Program-made: the position numbers and the translations under genes
Shown: piece by piece, positions 52,239 through 61,011 of the stretch
Layout: every line of letters starts with the position of its first letter
Position numbering within the stretch: position 1 is the stretch's first letter
The notes under the pieces: model-generated
What the model saw: only the letters and a program-made list of their open reading frames with translations
The model's database searches: none
What the model was told of the DNA's origin: nothing
DNA from: a virus
Lineage: Duplodnaviria; Caudoviricetes
DNA: 64,000 nucleotides
Direction: 5' to 3' (one strand)
Virus record (IMG/VR): IMGVR_UViG_2974638963_000001
Span: 54,538-118,537 of that record

Positions 52239-52757
52239 ATGGAAGTTATTTATAAAACATTTAATGGTACTGCTAGGACCGATTTAATACTAAGGGGTGA
52301 GAGAGCTAACCTGCTCAAATTTGACCAATCACACATCTTAGGCGAAGTATTAAAAGCAACACCAGTTCACAATTTGACAAACAGACTAATAGATCTGTAT
52401 ATTGTGTTCAACAATAAGGAAACTACCGTTATAAAAGAAGTAACAAGTTATGAAATAAGAGGTGAGTACGGAGAATACAAGGATTCTTGTGAATTGTACC
52501 TCTTACCACCAATACCCAAAGGACCTGCATGGAAAGCAGAACAGCAGCTTCTATCTGATCACTCAGCGGAGATAATAAGACTCTTCAACAGCTGTGAAGA
52601 TCTAGATGAGAAGAAGCTAGATGAAATACATACTCGTCATGAGAGGTTAGAGAGGGAGGCTAGAGAAGCGGCAAGGATTGAGTTTACTCAAAGCTTCTCC
52701 GCTGCGAAAGATCAGTTAATAAGTTGGATTAAGCCTCTAGGATGGAGTATAGTATAA
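52239..52757 (+). CDS. Hypothetical protein
   Basis: SD GAGGT, follows promoter. Confidence 0.75.
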   Translation: MEVIYKTFNGTARTDLILRGERANLLKFDQSHILGEVLKATPVHNLTNRLIDLYIVFNNKETTVIKEVTSYEIRGEYGEYKDSCELYLLPPIPKGPAWKAEQQLLSDHSAEIIRLFNSCEDLDEKKLDEIHTRHERLEREAREAARIEFTQSFSAAKDQLISWIKPLGWSIV

Positions 52758-52827
52758 TGACAACTATACTTGTTATAATTATATTCGAGATATGTATATC
52801 TTCTACAATACTTAGCTAGGATATGTT

Positions 52828-52917
52828 ATGGGAATCTTAGAAATTACAGCCATAGTAGGTTTAGTATATGTGGTTATAGGACTACTTACCTGGGCAGCTC
52901 ACAGAGGAGTATACTAG
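52828..52917 (+). CDS. Single-TM microprotein (29 aa)
   Basis: MGILEITAIVGLVYVVIGLLTWAAHRGVY; SD AGGA. Confidence 0.55.
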   Translation: MGILEITAIVGLVYVVIGLLTWAAHRGVY

Positions 52918-53010
52918 ATGATACCAGCCTGGGTTCTAGGGGCATTGATCGGTAGTATCATATTAAGCATACCGCTAGCCTTATTTGTAGGAGCATGTTA
53001 CGATGATTAG
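52918..53010 (+). CDS. Single-TM microprotein (30 aa)
   Basis: MIPAWVLGALIGSIILSIPLALFVGACYDD; SD GAGGAG, adjacent to previous stop. Confidence 0.6.
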   Translation: MIPAWVLGALIGSIILSIPLALFVGACYDD

Positions 53011-53131
53011 CTACCCATTACTAATAGTTTGTGCATTAGTAGGCTCCTTGGTAGGTGCGTGGTTAGGCGTTAAGGGATACGCCCCATTTATTTTACGAAT
53101 GTCACGGAGACATAAAGATGCGGAAGTCTGA
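53003..53131 (+). CDS. Single-TM microprotein (42 aa)
   Basis: MISYPLLIVCALVGSLVGAWLGVKG...; SD AGGAG. Confidence 0.6.
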   Translation: MISYPLLIVCALVGSLVGAWLGVKGYAPFILRMSRRHKDAEV

Positions 53132-53252
53132 TGATGGGAAGAGTATAATCTTCACAGACAAAGAAGTTATGTTTTACTTTCTCCTGCTCCCCACCATCTG
53201 GTTTGCCTTAGTTCTTGGTGGAATAGCAATTCTGTTACCATTCTTTATTTAG
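53118..53252 (+). CDS. Single-TM microprotein (44 aa)
   Basis: ...FYFLLLPTIWFALVLGGIAILLPFFI; SD GGAG. Confidence 0.6.
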   Translation: MRKSDDGKSIIFTDKEVMFYFLLLPTIWFALVLGGIAILLPFFI

Positions 53253-53268
53253 ACTTAGTGAGGCTTTT

Positions 53269-53367
53269 ATGGACGTAGTGAAACTTTTAGAGATTGTAGT
53301 GGGTTTTGGTGGGATGGCATTAGTCTTCTTACATTATAATGATTTGTGGATATTTAGTAAGCAGTGA
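53269..53367 (+). CDS. Single-TM microprotein (32 aa)
   Basis: MDVVKLLEIVVGFGGMALVFLH...; SD GAGG. Confidence 0.55.
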   Translation: MDVVKLLEIVVGFGGMALVFLHYNDLWIFSKQ

Positions 53368-53402
53368 GATTTTAGTGAGATTATAGTGAGATTATAGTGA
53401 GA
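53362..53402 (+). repeat. 11-bp tandem repeat (AGTGAGATTWT x3.6)
   Basis: Directly visible. Confidence 0.9.
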
Positions 53403-53421
53403 CCTCCATTGGTATTCAGAA

Positions 53422-53523
53422 TCCTAAAGACTAATTCATCGAAAAATCCTGATGCTCATAGACCATTGGTCGTGGTAGAACCGTTTAGACGCCTAAAGAC
53501 CTTTTCATCGAAAAATCCTGATG
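53422..53523 (+). repeat. 32-bp direct repeat pair CCTAAAGAC...TTCATCGAAAAATCCTGATG
   Basis: Two copies 70 bp apart. Confidence 0.85.
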
Positions 53524-53601
53524 GGTTACGTGTGGGTGTGTGCAATAGGGGTGGGGGCTTGGGCTAGTCTCCGAACCGCCCCCTATTGTATCACGGTTGC
53601 T

Positions 53602-53841
53602 TTAGTTTGTCAACGGTTGCATACTCAAAAGATTTGTAAAGTTTTGTAAGATAATTCTCAAAGCTAGGTCTTTACTATTGGGGCTACCATCTGCCAAAGC
53701 ACTTGATGCTATATCTGTAATGGCATCAGCCGCTACCCGATTAATAACTAAGTAACCTTTAGCATTTAATTCTGCTACTAATTGATTAAGTTGTTCTTGG
53801 CTCATTTCTTTGTTAGGGCTTAATTCGATAACGTTTGACAT
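53602..53841 (-). CDS. Pre-early hypothetical protein
   Basis: SD GAGG before ATG 53841. Confidence 0.65.
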   Translation of the reverse strand: MSNVIELSPNKEMSQEQLNQLVAELNAKGYLVINRVAADAITDIASSALADGSPNSKDLALRIILQNFTNLLSMQPLTN

Positions 53842-53937
53842 AATGACCTCACACAATTTAAGAATATTGATATTAGCTGGTTAACGTCTAACTAAGTAAC
53901 TAACTAGGGCTAACCAACTAATAGAGATTATATCAAA

Positions 53938-54654
53938 CTAGGCAGAAATAGCAACCAGTTTATTAAACTTACTGCTTAAATAGTCTCTTTCTTCCTGAGT
54001 ATAACTACACCATGCCGTTTCGATATGTTCCGCTAATGCTTCTGGGTCGTGCAGTTCTTCCATCACTTGATCAATGAATTGTTCACCAGCCATGCGATAC
54101 CCAACGTTTAACACGTCATTAACAAGCGTAGCATCTACAACTTGAAAGCCCATTTCACGAGCAACAGATAACACGCCTTGATGATCATCGTATACAGTGA
54201 TAACAGCGTTTGGATACATAGCTTGTAAGATCTCAAAGTATTTGCGTTTGTATTCAGCATCACGGCTGTAATAAACGTCTTTGATATCTTCAAGGGCAAA
54301 ATAACGGGCTAAGGTAGTTCTACTCATGATACTGGCGGCTTGCGGCTTATTGGTTATTAATCCTTGTTTGCGTAGGTAGTAATAATCGGATTTGTACATT
54401 GTTCTGGCTGTTACTATAATATTATGAGTATCACCTTTGTTAATATTCTCTTTCATGACAGCCGCTAGAGGTAACAAGGTATCAGCTTGTACTAGCTCAT
54501 GAGTACAAGCGTTTTGAATATATCCAGTTAAATCTAGGTTGCCAGTAGCTTCATCTAGGTATGGTCTAACACGATGAAAGCTATTTATTACAGTGCCGTC
54601 AAGGTCAAAGATATTAAGAAACTTGATATCATTAAATACTCGTGTTTGTTGCAT
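53938..54654 (-). CDS. dmp: Deoxynucleoside-5'-monophosphatase (HAD family)
   Basis: IFDLDGT, TAR, YDD motifs; position at the start of the T5 FST region. Confidence 0.9.
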   Translation of the reverse strand: MQQTRVFNDIKFLNIFDLDGTVINSFHRVRPYLDEATGNLDLTGYIQNACTHELVQADTLLPLAAVMKENINKGDTHNIIVTARTMYKSDYYYLRKQGLITNKPQAASIMSRTTLARYFALEDIKDVYYSRDAEYKRKYFEILQAMYPNAVITVYDDHQGVLSVAREMGFQVVDATLVNDVLNVGYRMAGEQFIDQVMEELHDPEALAEHIETAWCSYTQEERDYLSSKFNKLVAISA

Positions 54655-54739
54655 GGTTGTTACCTCTCGCATTTAAGCGGTTTATTTTGGAGTTGTAAGT
54701 ATAAAGAAAGCCCCTGAATATATCAAGGGCTTAACAGTG

Positions 54740-55204
54740 TTATTCTTCAGTGAACAAAGCAGGCTGAACAGGATTAATAAAAGTTACTTTAATTTTGTAA
54801 GGGCTTTCGCTTCTAGCATTAATAGGTGATACTAGCACTTGCCAGCCAGCTTCTACAAAGTCCGCTAGGTCTGAGAATAGAAAATCGCTCTCTGTCATTA
54901 ACACAATAACTTCGGTTACATCTACCTTGCTTGTATCAATATCAATAAAGGAGTAATAATCCTCTAATGATTTTGCAACGTTTTCTATATGTTGGGTAGG
55001 CAAGCCACCCGTTACACCTTCCGCAATATCGCCAAAGATGCGAGGTAAAGCCGACTCGATAGCAGTCGCAACGCTTGCCGCTTCTTGGTCGTTGTTGATC
55101 AAGCCTTTACCATAACGAATAATTGAGCCGTCAACAATGTTAACATTCTCAATAGCCCCGTTGTCAAAAGTTTTGCCGTTTGAGTATACAGTGATCATTT
55201 TCAT
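54740..55204 (-). CDS. Pre-early hypothetical protein
   Basis: Between dmp and A1, SD-like GAGAG. Confidence 0.7.
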   Translation of the reverse strand: MKMITVYSNGKTFDNGAIENVNIVDGSIIRYGKGLINNDQEAASVATAIESALPRIFGDIAEGVTGGLPTQHIENVAKSLEDYYSFIDIDTSKVDVTEVIVLMTESDFLFSDLADFVEAGWQVLVSPINARSESPYKIKVTFINPVQPALFTEE

Positions 55205-55340
55205 GGTTATTCTCTCTTATAGGTTAGCCCCTATTTATTTAGGGGCTTTAAGGTTTATTTGTTTTTAGTTAACAAGATATAACAAGTTGTTAACAACGTG
55301 CCAGCGCAGCCAGCTAGAAATAGAGGGGCTAAATCAATCA

Positions 55341-57104
55341 TTATGCGCGGTATTTCCCGTCTGTGATACGCACTAATTGACGCTGACCGTTGTTATAGGT
55401 AATCAAGTGCGTTTGAGTCCAGCTAGAAGCCCCGATATTATAGCCCATATCTAATGAGCCAGCAACGCCAGCAGTGTAACATAAGCCGTTAACGCTTGCA
55501 CTATGAGTGTGACCAGTGTTTAAGCGTCCTAACTTCGCAAACTGTTTAGGATTCCCCCGTGAGCCATTAGCCCCAACATGACCATGACAGCCCATTTCTA
55601 CGCCAGCGACCTTGAAAGATTCATCAACAACTAGGAAACGAATCTGATTAGCATTTTCTAACTTAGCTATCTTTTTCAAGCCCACTTCTAGGGCATTCCA
55701 GCCGCTTGCGGATTTATGTTCCGCAATATGGCGATATTTATCAAGGTTCATCTCATGATAAAGAATAGCATTAGCAGGATCTAGCCCTATATTAACATCC
55801 CATGCTTTGAGCCAGTTGGCTAGAGCTAAATCATGATTGGACTCAACCACAATGATTTCACTGAATGGGCGCATGATATCGCGGAAAATGTTAGCCGTAT
55901 CAATGAGATCTTGTTTAACGCTTTCTTGCCCTAAGTAGTAACGCTCCGCAATAAAATCATAATCACGTCTATTGTGATGATTTCGGCTTGTAAAGTCGTG
56001 GCTATCATGACAGATAGTAAACTTAGGTTTTAACAAGTCAATCATCGACGGGTAGCCATGCAAGCCAGCACCCCATGAACAAGCCGCTACAACATGATCA
56101 ATCTTTTCTGCATGAAGATCACCGAACTGTAAAGCAGAAACATGATTTTCAGCTCTAAACACTTGATCACTTGTTACATAAGTATCAAGATCATAAAACG
56201 AGCCATCATCATTCATGCACTGTAAATGGCGTATAAATGGCGTGTCATTATCGTCGAACTCAACTAAGATTGCACCATAGCAATGCAATGATTCTGCTTT
56301 CTGACCAGCTAGGCGCTGAATATAATTTCGATGTGTGACCGTCCCCGTTGTAGTTAACTCTCTAACTAGCTCACCTTTAAGAGCAGGGATATTAAACATT
56401 TGATACTTGGCAGCAGGTACAACCGCATGATGATTGCCTATAATGCTTTCAATGCCTGTTAATGGGTTAATAGCAGTAGGGGAAATGCATAAAGCACCTA
56501 AGAAAGATACTTTCTTACTTTCGCCTAGAAACACGTTTTCCTCAACAAAATATGGGGTTAATTCTGGCGCATACCACAATGAATCATCTTGCGCGGTCGG
56601 ATTCGCAAAGCCTTTCTTGTTATATGCAAACTTAGAAATGATTAATTCAGCTCCTAAATACTCTGCATACGTTTCTAAGGATTTCAAGAAAGGCACGTTA
56701 ACAGAAGTATTATTTTGCGCGGTTGTCAAAATAAATGCTTTACCTGATTTAACTTGCCATTTTGATTGAGCAGGTTTTAGAGAGCCACCATATACAGGCA
56801 AATCAGGGTTATCAGCTTTACGGGCTTTAGCCTTTGTTATTGGCTTGTTCTCGTCTAGCCATACTCTAAGCGCAGCCGTGAATTCTGGTTTAATAGCTTG
56901 CTCACCGTCCTCATTGTCATACGCTAGATTTTCCGCTATAACATCGACTAAAGTAGACAGCGCAAACGCTTCGTTTGCCGTTTTATCTTTTACGGATTCT
57001 AGGCGTTTTCCGTAGTAATTAACACCTTTAGCGCATTCTAGCAGGTCAGCCGCCAGATTTTTATCTGCTAATAGGTCTGAAATAGTTTTTAAAATGGGAT
57101 TCAT
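55341..57104 (-). CDS. A1: A1 protein (host DNA degradation / second-step transfer; metallophosphoesterase-like)
   Basis: TTAQNNT, GDLH, SNHD, HGHVGANGSRG, GHTHS, SSW motifs. Confidence 0.9.
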   Translation of the reverse strand: MNPILKTISDLLADKNLAADLLECAKGVNYYGKRLESVKDKTANEAFALSTLVDVIAENLAYDNEDGEQAIKPEFTAALRVWLDENKPITKAKARKADNPDLPVYGGSLKPAQSKWQVKSGKAFILTTAQNNTSVNVPFLKSLETYAEYLGAELIISKFAYNKKGFANPTAQDDSLWYAPELTPYFVEENVFLGESKKVSFLGALCISPTAINPLTGIESIIGNHHAVVPAAKYQMFNIPALKGELVRELTTTGTVTHRNYIQRLAGQKAESLHCYGAILVEFDDNDTPFIRHLQCMNDDGSFYDLDTYVTSDQVFRAENHVSALQFGDLHAEKIDHVVAACSWGAGLHGYPSMIDLLKPKFTICHDSHDFTSRNHHNRRDYDFIAERYYLGQESVKQDLIDTANIFRDIMRPFSEIIVVESNHDLALANWLKAWDVNIGLDPANAILYHEMNLDKYRHIAEHKSASGWNALEVGLKKIAKLENANQIRFLVVDESFKVAGVEMGCHGHVGANGSRGNPKQFAKLGRLNTGHTHSASVNGLCYTAGVAGSLDMGYNIGASSWTQTHLITYNNGQRQLVRITDGKYRA

Positions 57105-57179
57105 TTATATAGCTCCTAATTAAAGGGTTTTAGTGGTAACGAACTAGCCACCTCCGAAAAGGTGACTAGGGCGGATCAC

Positions 57180-57644
57180 TTATAGGCGGTCAATGCCATT
57201 TTCTTCCATAATGCCCTGTAATACATCATCAGGGCATACCTTTTTAACAATCATAATGATTGTATCAAGGTTGGCTTTTTCAAGACTAGCCCAATCATCT
57301 TTTTCTTGGTCGTTGTCGGACATATCACGCTGAAGGGCACGAATCAGAGTGATTTTTTGTAATTTCTTACCGCCGCCAACTGGCTGCTTTACTTCAAGGG
57401 CACGATAAATTTTGTTACCGTTTTCATCTTTAGAAGATGATAACTTAGTACGGACAGCCGTAGCCGTGTATGTTTCACCATCACCGCTAATTTGTTCACC
57501 GATGGATGCTAGATTATCGACAGCGTTTGCCGATGCAATTTCTTCGTCGGTCGGTTCAGCAGGGTTAACAAATGCCGCTAAATATAAGTTGATAGCTTTT
57601 GCGGTTACTTCTTCATTCCAGCGTTTTTTAGATGGAGTAGACAT
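57180..57644 (-). CDS. A2: A2-like DNA-binding protein
   Basis: WNEEVT...AVRTKLSS...VGGG...K...SLEKA pattern, position upstream of A1. Confidence 0.78.
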   Translation of the reverse strand: MSTPSKKRWNEEVTAKAINLYLAAFVNPAEPTDEEIASANAVDNLASIGEQISGDGETYTATAVRTKLSSSKDENGNKIYRALEVKQPVGGGKKLQKITLIRALQRDMSDNDQEKDDWASLEKANLDTIIMIVKKVCPDDVLQGIMEENGIDRL

Positions 57645-57842
57645 AATTTAATACCTCATTTTTCATGGTTTAAGTTTAAGTTATACACTTCTCATTAGTG
57701 TATTATGAATAGAGCCTGTCTGTCAAGCCCTATTAATTACACTATCAAGAGGAGTCTAAGCAATGGCAACTGCTTAATGAAGCCCTGAATTTCAAGGCTT
57801 GTTTAAGCATCCAATCTTAGCTATTTCACCGTGTTTTCCGTA

Positions 57843-57855
57843 TTGTTAAAGAGCG
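57843..57855 (-). promoter_or_regulatory. boxA antitermination element
   Basis: CGCTCTTTAACAA on - strand, ~20 nt after the inferred TSS. Confidence 0.8.
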
Positions 57856-57881
57856 TGGTTAGTTGCCTAACCTTTGAATCT

Positions 57882-57910
57882 ATCTTATATCAGCCGCCTG
57901 ATTTTGTCAA
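57882..57910 (-). promoter_or_regulatory. Pre-early promoter
   Basis: TTGACA-17-TAAGAT. Confidence 0.85.
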
Positions 57911-57914
57911 GCGT

Positions 57915-58214
57915 TTATTTCCAAATACTTCTATTAATGCTTTGTTGCGATTCTATCGTTTCTACAACCTGAATCACTATGCCTAGATTATGCCATGCTT
58001 CGCTTGCCTTGTCAAACAGTTTTTTATCACCGTCGAAATACTGATCTAGCGTAGCCTTGTAAGCGTTGCGAATTATCTTAGCTTCTTTCCTTAGCCTTGT
58101 CAAGTCGATTCTATGATCTATTCTCTCGGTCAATGCTTCGTTTGCCGTAATGCCCTGAGAAGCTACTAGAGTGCATAATACTTGATTAAAAGATTGTTTT
58201 GCCATATTTGCCAT
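57915..58214 (-). CDS. Pre-early hypothetical protein
   Basis: Own promoter, SD GAGG. Confidence 0.75.
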   Translation of the reverse strand: MANMAKQSFNQVLCTLVASQGITANEALTERIDHRIDLTRLRKEAKIIRNAYKATLDQYFDGDKKLFDKASEAWHNLGIVIQVVETIESQQSINRSIWK

Positions 58215-58252
58215 TCCTCAATAGTTAGGTTAGGCGGCTGATATAAGTTAGA

Positions 58253-58265
58253 TTGTTAAAGAGCG
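58253..58265 (-). promoter_or_regulatory. boxA antitermination element
   Basis: CGCTCTTTAACAA on - strand. Confidence 0.8.
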
Positions 58266-58281
58266 TGTTTCTATGGTTAGT

Positions 58282-58310
58282 ATCTTAAAGCCTAGTATTG
58301 TTTTTGTCAA
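58282..58310 (-). promoter_or_regulatory. Pre-early promoter
   Basis: TTGACA-17-TAAGAT. Confidence 0.85.
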
Positions 58311-58652
58311 CTATTTATTTGTGTACTGCATAACATTTTCTATATATACGATTCTAACCGCTATATATAAGCAACGATAGAAGCGCAAGGCTAATTGATC
58401 TTTTGCTATCCCGTAGTGAATAGGCATTTTTGACGCTTCGGGAAATTTTTCTTCTAGATCTGATAATAGGCGAGTTAATGAAGCCCATTTAACAGAACCA
58501 TTATCAAGCCCTTTTTCAAGATCTAACATGATGCAAGTTGCTACCTTATCGATATCATTTCTAACCACTATAGGAAATGATAATAATTCTAGTATTAACT
58601 GTAATGTATCATTGCTTAAAAAGGTTGCTTTAATCTTTCTTGCTTTTGCCAT
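58311..58652 (-). CDS. Pre-early hypothetical protein
   Basis: SD GGAG. Confidence 0.75.
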   Translation of the reverse strand: MAKARKIKATFLSNDTLQLILELLSFPIVVRNDIDKVATCIMLDLEKGLDNGSVKWASLTRLLSDLEEKFPEASKMPIHYGIAKDQLALRFYRCLYIAVRIVYIENVMQYTNK

Positions 58653-58700
58653 TTGTATTTACTCCGATAGTATATACTAGGCTTTAAGATACTAACCGTA

Positions 58701-58713
58701 TTTTTAAAGAGCG
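58701..58713 (-). promoter_or_regulatory. boxA antitermination element
   Basis: CGCTCTTTAAAAA on - strand. Confidence 0.75.
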
Positions 58714-58800
58714 TTACTACTAGGAACTTATCCAGTTATTCATATGCCACTGGCGGCTACTTCGTGGGCTTTCCTTGCCTTGTTCCTTACTATGTGACTA

Positions 58801-58828
58801 AGTATACATGAGCCAATTTAAAAAGCAA
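58801..58828 (-). promoter_or_regulatory. Pre-early promoter (leftward)
   Basis: TTGCTT-16-TATACT with A/T-rich UP element. Confidence 0.65.
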
Positions 58829-58942
58829 CTATTATTTTTAATTATTTTGCTGGCGGTAGTGTATAAGGAAACGGGCGCGTGATTATACACAAGTTAACTA
58901 GGAAGTAAAGAAAATTACTTATTAAAAAGATACAAAAAGAGC

Positions 58943-58970
58943 TTGCATTTAACAACCGTGGTGCTAATAT
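58943..58970 (+). promoter_or_regulatory. Pre-early promoter (rightward)
   Basis: TTGCAT-16-TAATAT with A-tract UP element. Confidence 0.6.
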
Positions 58971-59006
58971 ATATCTCATCGAAAGGCAAACAAAGGAGGT
59001 AGCAAA

Positions 59007-60086
59007 ATGACCGTCAAGGCACTTAAAAGCAATCGAGCGATAGCTCGAAGCGGTCACATTAACACAATTGAGCAATTAAGACAATCAGACGTTGGGGGTT
59101 TTCCATCAACTAGTATTGTTAGACGAGCTACGCCTAGGCAGCTTAATAATATAATGCATACGGCAGGGAGTACAGAACAATCTGTATTAACTCCTTTAAG
59201 TAGTCAAAGTGCGTATAAACATATTAAAAATTTGCTTGATTTACTTGTTTCCGGTGTGGTAGAATACATTACAATCTACTCGCCAGATGGTACGTTAATA
59301 AGTGATCACTATTATTCTACACGTCGATCTATGGAGGAGGATTGCGATACCGCCTACTCTAAGGCTAAGGACGATTTACTAATCTTAGCTAAATCTAGTA
59401 ATGGCATCATGTTAACATGGGGTAGCTATGACGCTAGAAAGTCGGCAGGTGTGGGCGTCAAGGTAGAGTGTGAGGTTTTCAATCAAAATGATAGCCTATT
59501 TGACGTTATCTATGATATATTTAACCATGCTAACTATAACGATTTAATTGACGTGGATTTATCCGATAAGCTACGCAATCAGGGCGTTATTATACAGGGT
59601 CATACAGTTAGCGAGAACAAGTATACACAAGTAATTATAGAGGAATTTTTAAAATCATCTATAAGCGAAGCTGGCGAAACAGCAGAGCAACCAATCGAAA
59701 CCAAAGAGGAAACTAGCAAAATGAAAACAACATTCAGCACTATCTTAGCAGAAAACAAAGCAGCAGCAATCAACGCTGGCGAAATGGAAACGGGGCGTTT
59801 AGTCGTTAATCGTATTGTGGCAGTCGTTAAAAAGCGTGCTCCGCTAATGGTTAAAGGGTACATTGATACACCAGTGGGGCGCATTGCCGTAGCAAATTTA
59901 TTTGCCGCTTTAGTGCGAGAATATCTACCTGATAACGCACTGGCAGGACGTGCGGCAGACGGGGCGGTGAAGTCGGCAGCTTATGAAGTATTGCGTGATA
60001 TTGATATACCAGCAATTCTAGAAGAAGTATTGGCAGGATTCAAAGACGCTGAGCCAGCAGCAGCAAGCGAAAAGATCGCACTGTAA
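59007..60086 (+). CDS. Pre-early hypothetical protein (conserved-looking C-terminus, PLMVKGYIDTPVGR)
   Basis: SD AAGGAGGT; possible internal start at 59721 (GAGG...ATG). Confidence 0.8.
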   Translation: MTVKALKSNRAIARSGHINTIEQLRQSDVGGFPSTSIVRRATPRQLNNIMHTAGSTEQSVLTPLSSQSAYKHIKNLLDLLVSGVVEYITIYSPDGTLISDHYYSTRRSMEEDCDTAYSKAKDDLLILAKSSNGIMLTWGSYDARKSAGVGVKVECEVFNQNDSLFDVIYDIFNHANYNDLIDVDLSDKLRNQGVIIQGHTVSENKYTQVIIEEFLKSSISEAGETAEQPIETKEETSKMKTTFSTILAENKAAAINAGEMETGRLVVNRIVAVVKKRAPLMVKGYIDTPVGRIAVANLFAALVREYLPDNALAGRAADGAVKSAAYEVLRDIDIPAILEEVLAGFKDAEPAAASEKIAL

Positions 60087-60134
60087 TTTGATGGTAGGGG
60101 CTAGAACTTAGCCCCTAATTAAAGAGGTGATACA

Positions 60135-60536
60135 ATGGCAAAAGTTATAAATTTTGAGTGTGTACACGTCTTAAATATCCGTACAACGGGGCAAGCGTTA
60201 ACATGGGAGAGCGCACTAGAACAGATTAGTAAGTGTACTAAATGCCAATATGTTACTGTTACATTAGGTCGCTTGGTTTTCCGTATTGACTGGCTAATAC
60301 TGGCTAGCATTTACGAATCTTTACAATTAAATATGCCGTTTAGTGTTGCGGTAGGGGGCGAAGTCTGGTATATTGAACAATATCAGGACGTGGAACAATT
60401 GTTTTATAACGTTTCTGTAAGCCGTCTTTTTATGAAAGAGGGAGTAGCTTATTATGTGGGCGATATTATCGGGCTATGTGGAAAAGTTACTAAGGGTCAA
60501 GGGATTACGAATCATAGTACTGTTAATTTTAGCTGA
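60135..60536 (+). CDS. Pre-early hypothetical protein
   Basis: SD GAGGTG. Confidence 0.7.
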   Translation: MAKVINFECVHVLNIRTTGQALTWESALEQISKCTKCQYVTVTLGRLVFRIDWLILASIYESLQLNMPFSVAVGGEVWYIEQYQDVEQLFYNVSVSRLFMKEGVAYYVGDIIGLCGKVTKGQGITNHSTVNFS

Positions 60537-60719
60537 ACTATTATATCGTGTTTTCTTTGAATCTAAGTATTACTTTTATACGCTCCAATGACTATATTTA
60601 AAGTGTTACTAGTTAGCGGCTGTATATGTATAGTTTGGCATTTACTAGCCCATTGGCTAGATAATAGACGATTAAAACGTATGGGTAAAGGATGATATCT
60701 AACCTATAGGGGGGTTAAA

Positions 60720-60836
60720 ATGTGGGATCTATTTCTATCCCCCAATGGGGATTTAAACTGGCTTTCTTTGTTGCTGGCGGCTGTATGCACTATAGCTATT
60801 CTAGTGATCTTTGATGATAACGAGCCGTTACTATAG
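60720..60836 (+). CDS. Single-TM microprotein (38 aa)
   Basis: MWDLFLSPNGDLNWLSLLLAAVCTIAILVIFDD...; SD AGGGGG. Confidence 0.55.
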   Translation: MWDLFLSPNGDLNWLSLLLAAVCTIAILVIFDDNEPLL

Positions 60837-60845
60837 GGGCTTTAT

Positions 60846-60932
60846 ATGAAGTGTGACAAGGTAGGCGTATATTGCAACATTCTAGCGGCTGGCATCTTTG
60901 GGTTAATGATTTTATCATGTATCTTAAAGTAA
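60846..60932 (+). CDS. Single-TM microprotein (28 aa)
   Basis: MKCDKVGVYCNILAAGIFGLMILSCILK; SD AGGGG. Confidence 0.5.
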   Translation: MKCDKVGVYCNILAAGIFGLMILSCILK

Positions 60933-61011
60933 TTCTTTATATGTTGGCTATTTTATGCCCTGTGTTCGGGGCTTCAAGCGGCTTAATGTGGTTAATGACT
61001 ATATTAGCAGG

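Noticed and set aside
52239-52757. Llp receptor-blocking lipoprotein
   Set aside because: No signal peptide or lipobox and too large.
53362-53523. CRISPR array (also considered for 61012-61416 and 63159-63230)
   Set aside because: No repeat-unique spacer periodicity and no cas genes.
55345-56725. T5-type single-strand nick sites (GCGCGGT occurrences)
   Set aside because: Short motif inside coding DNA; the nick consensus for this phage is unknown.
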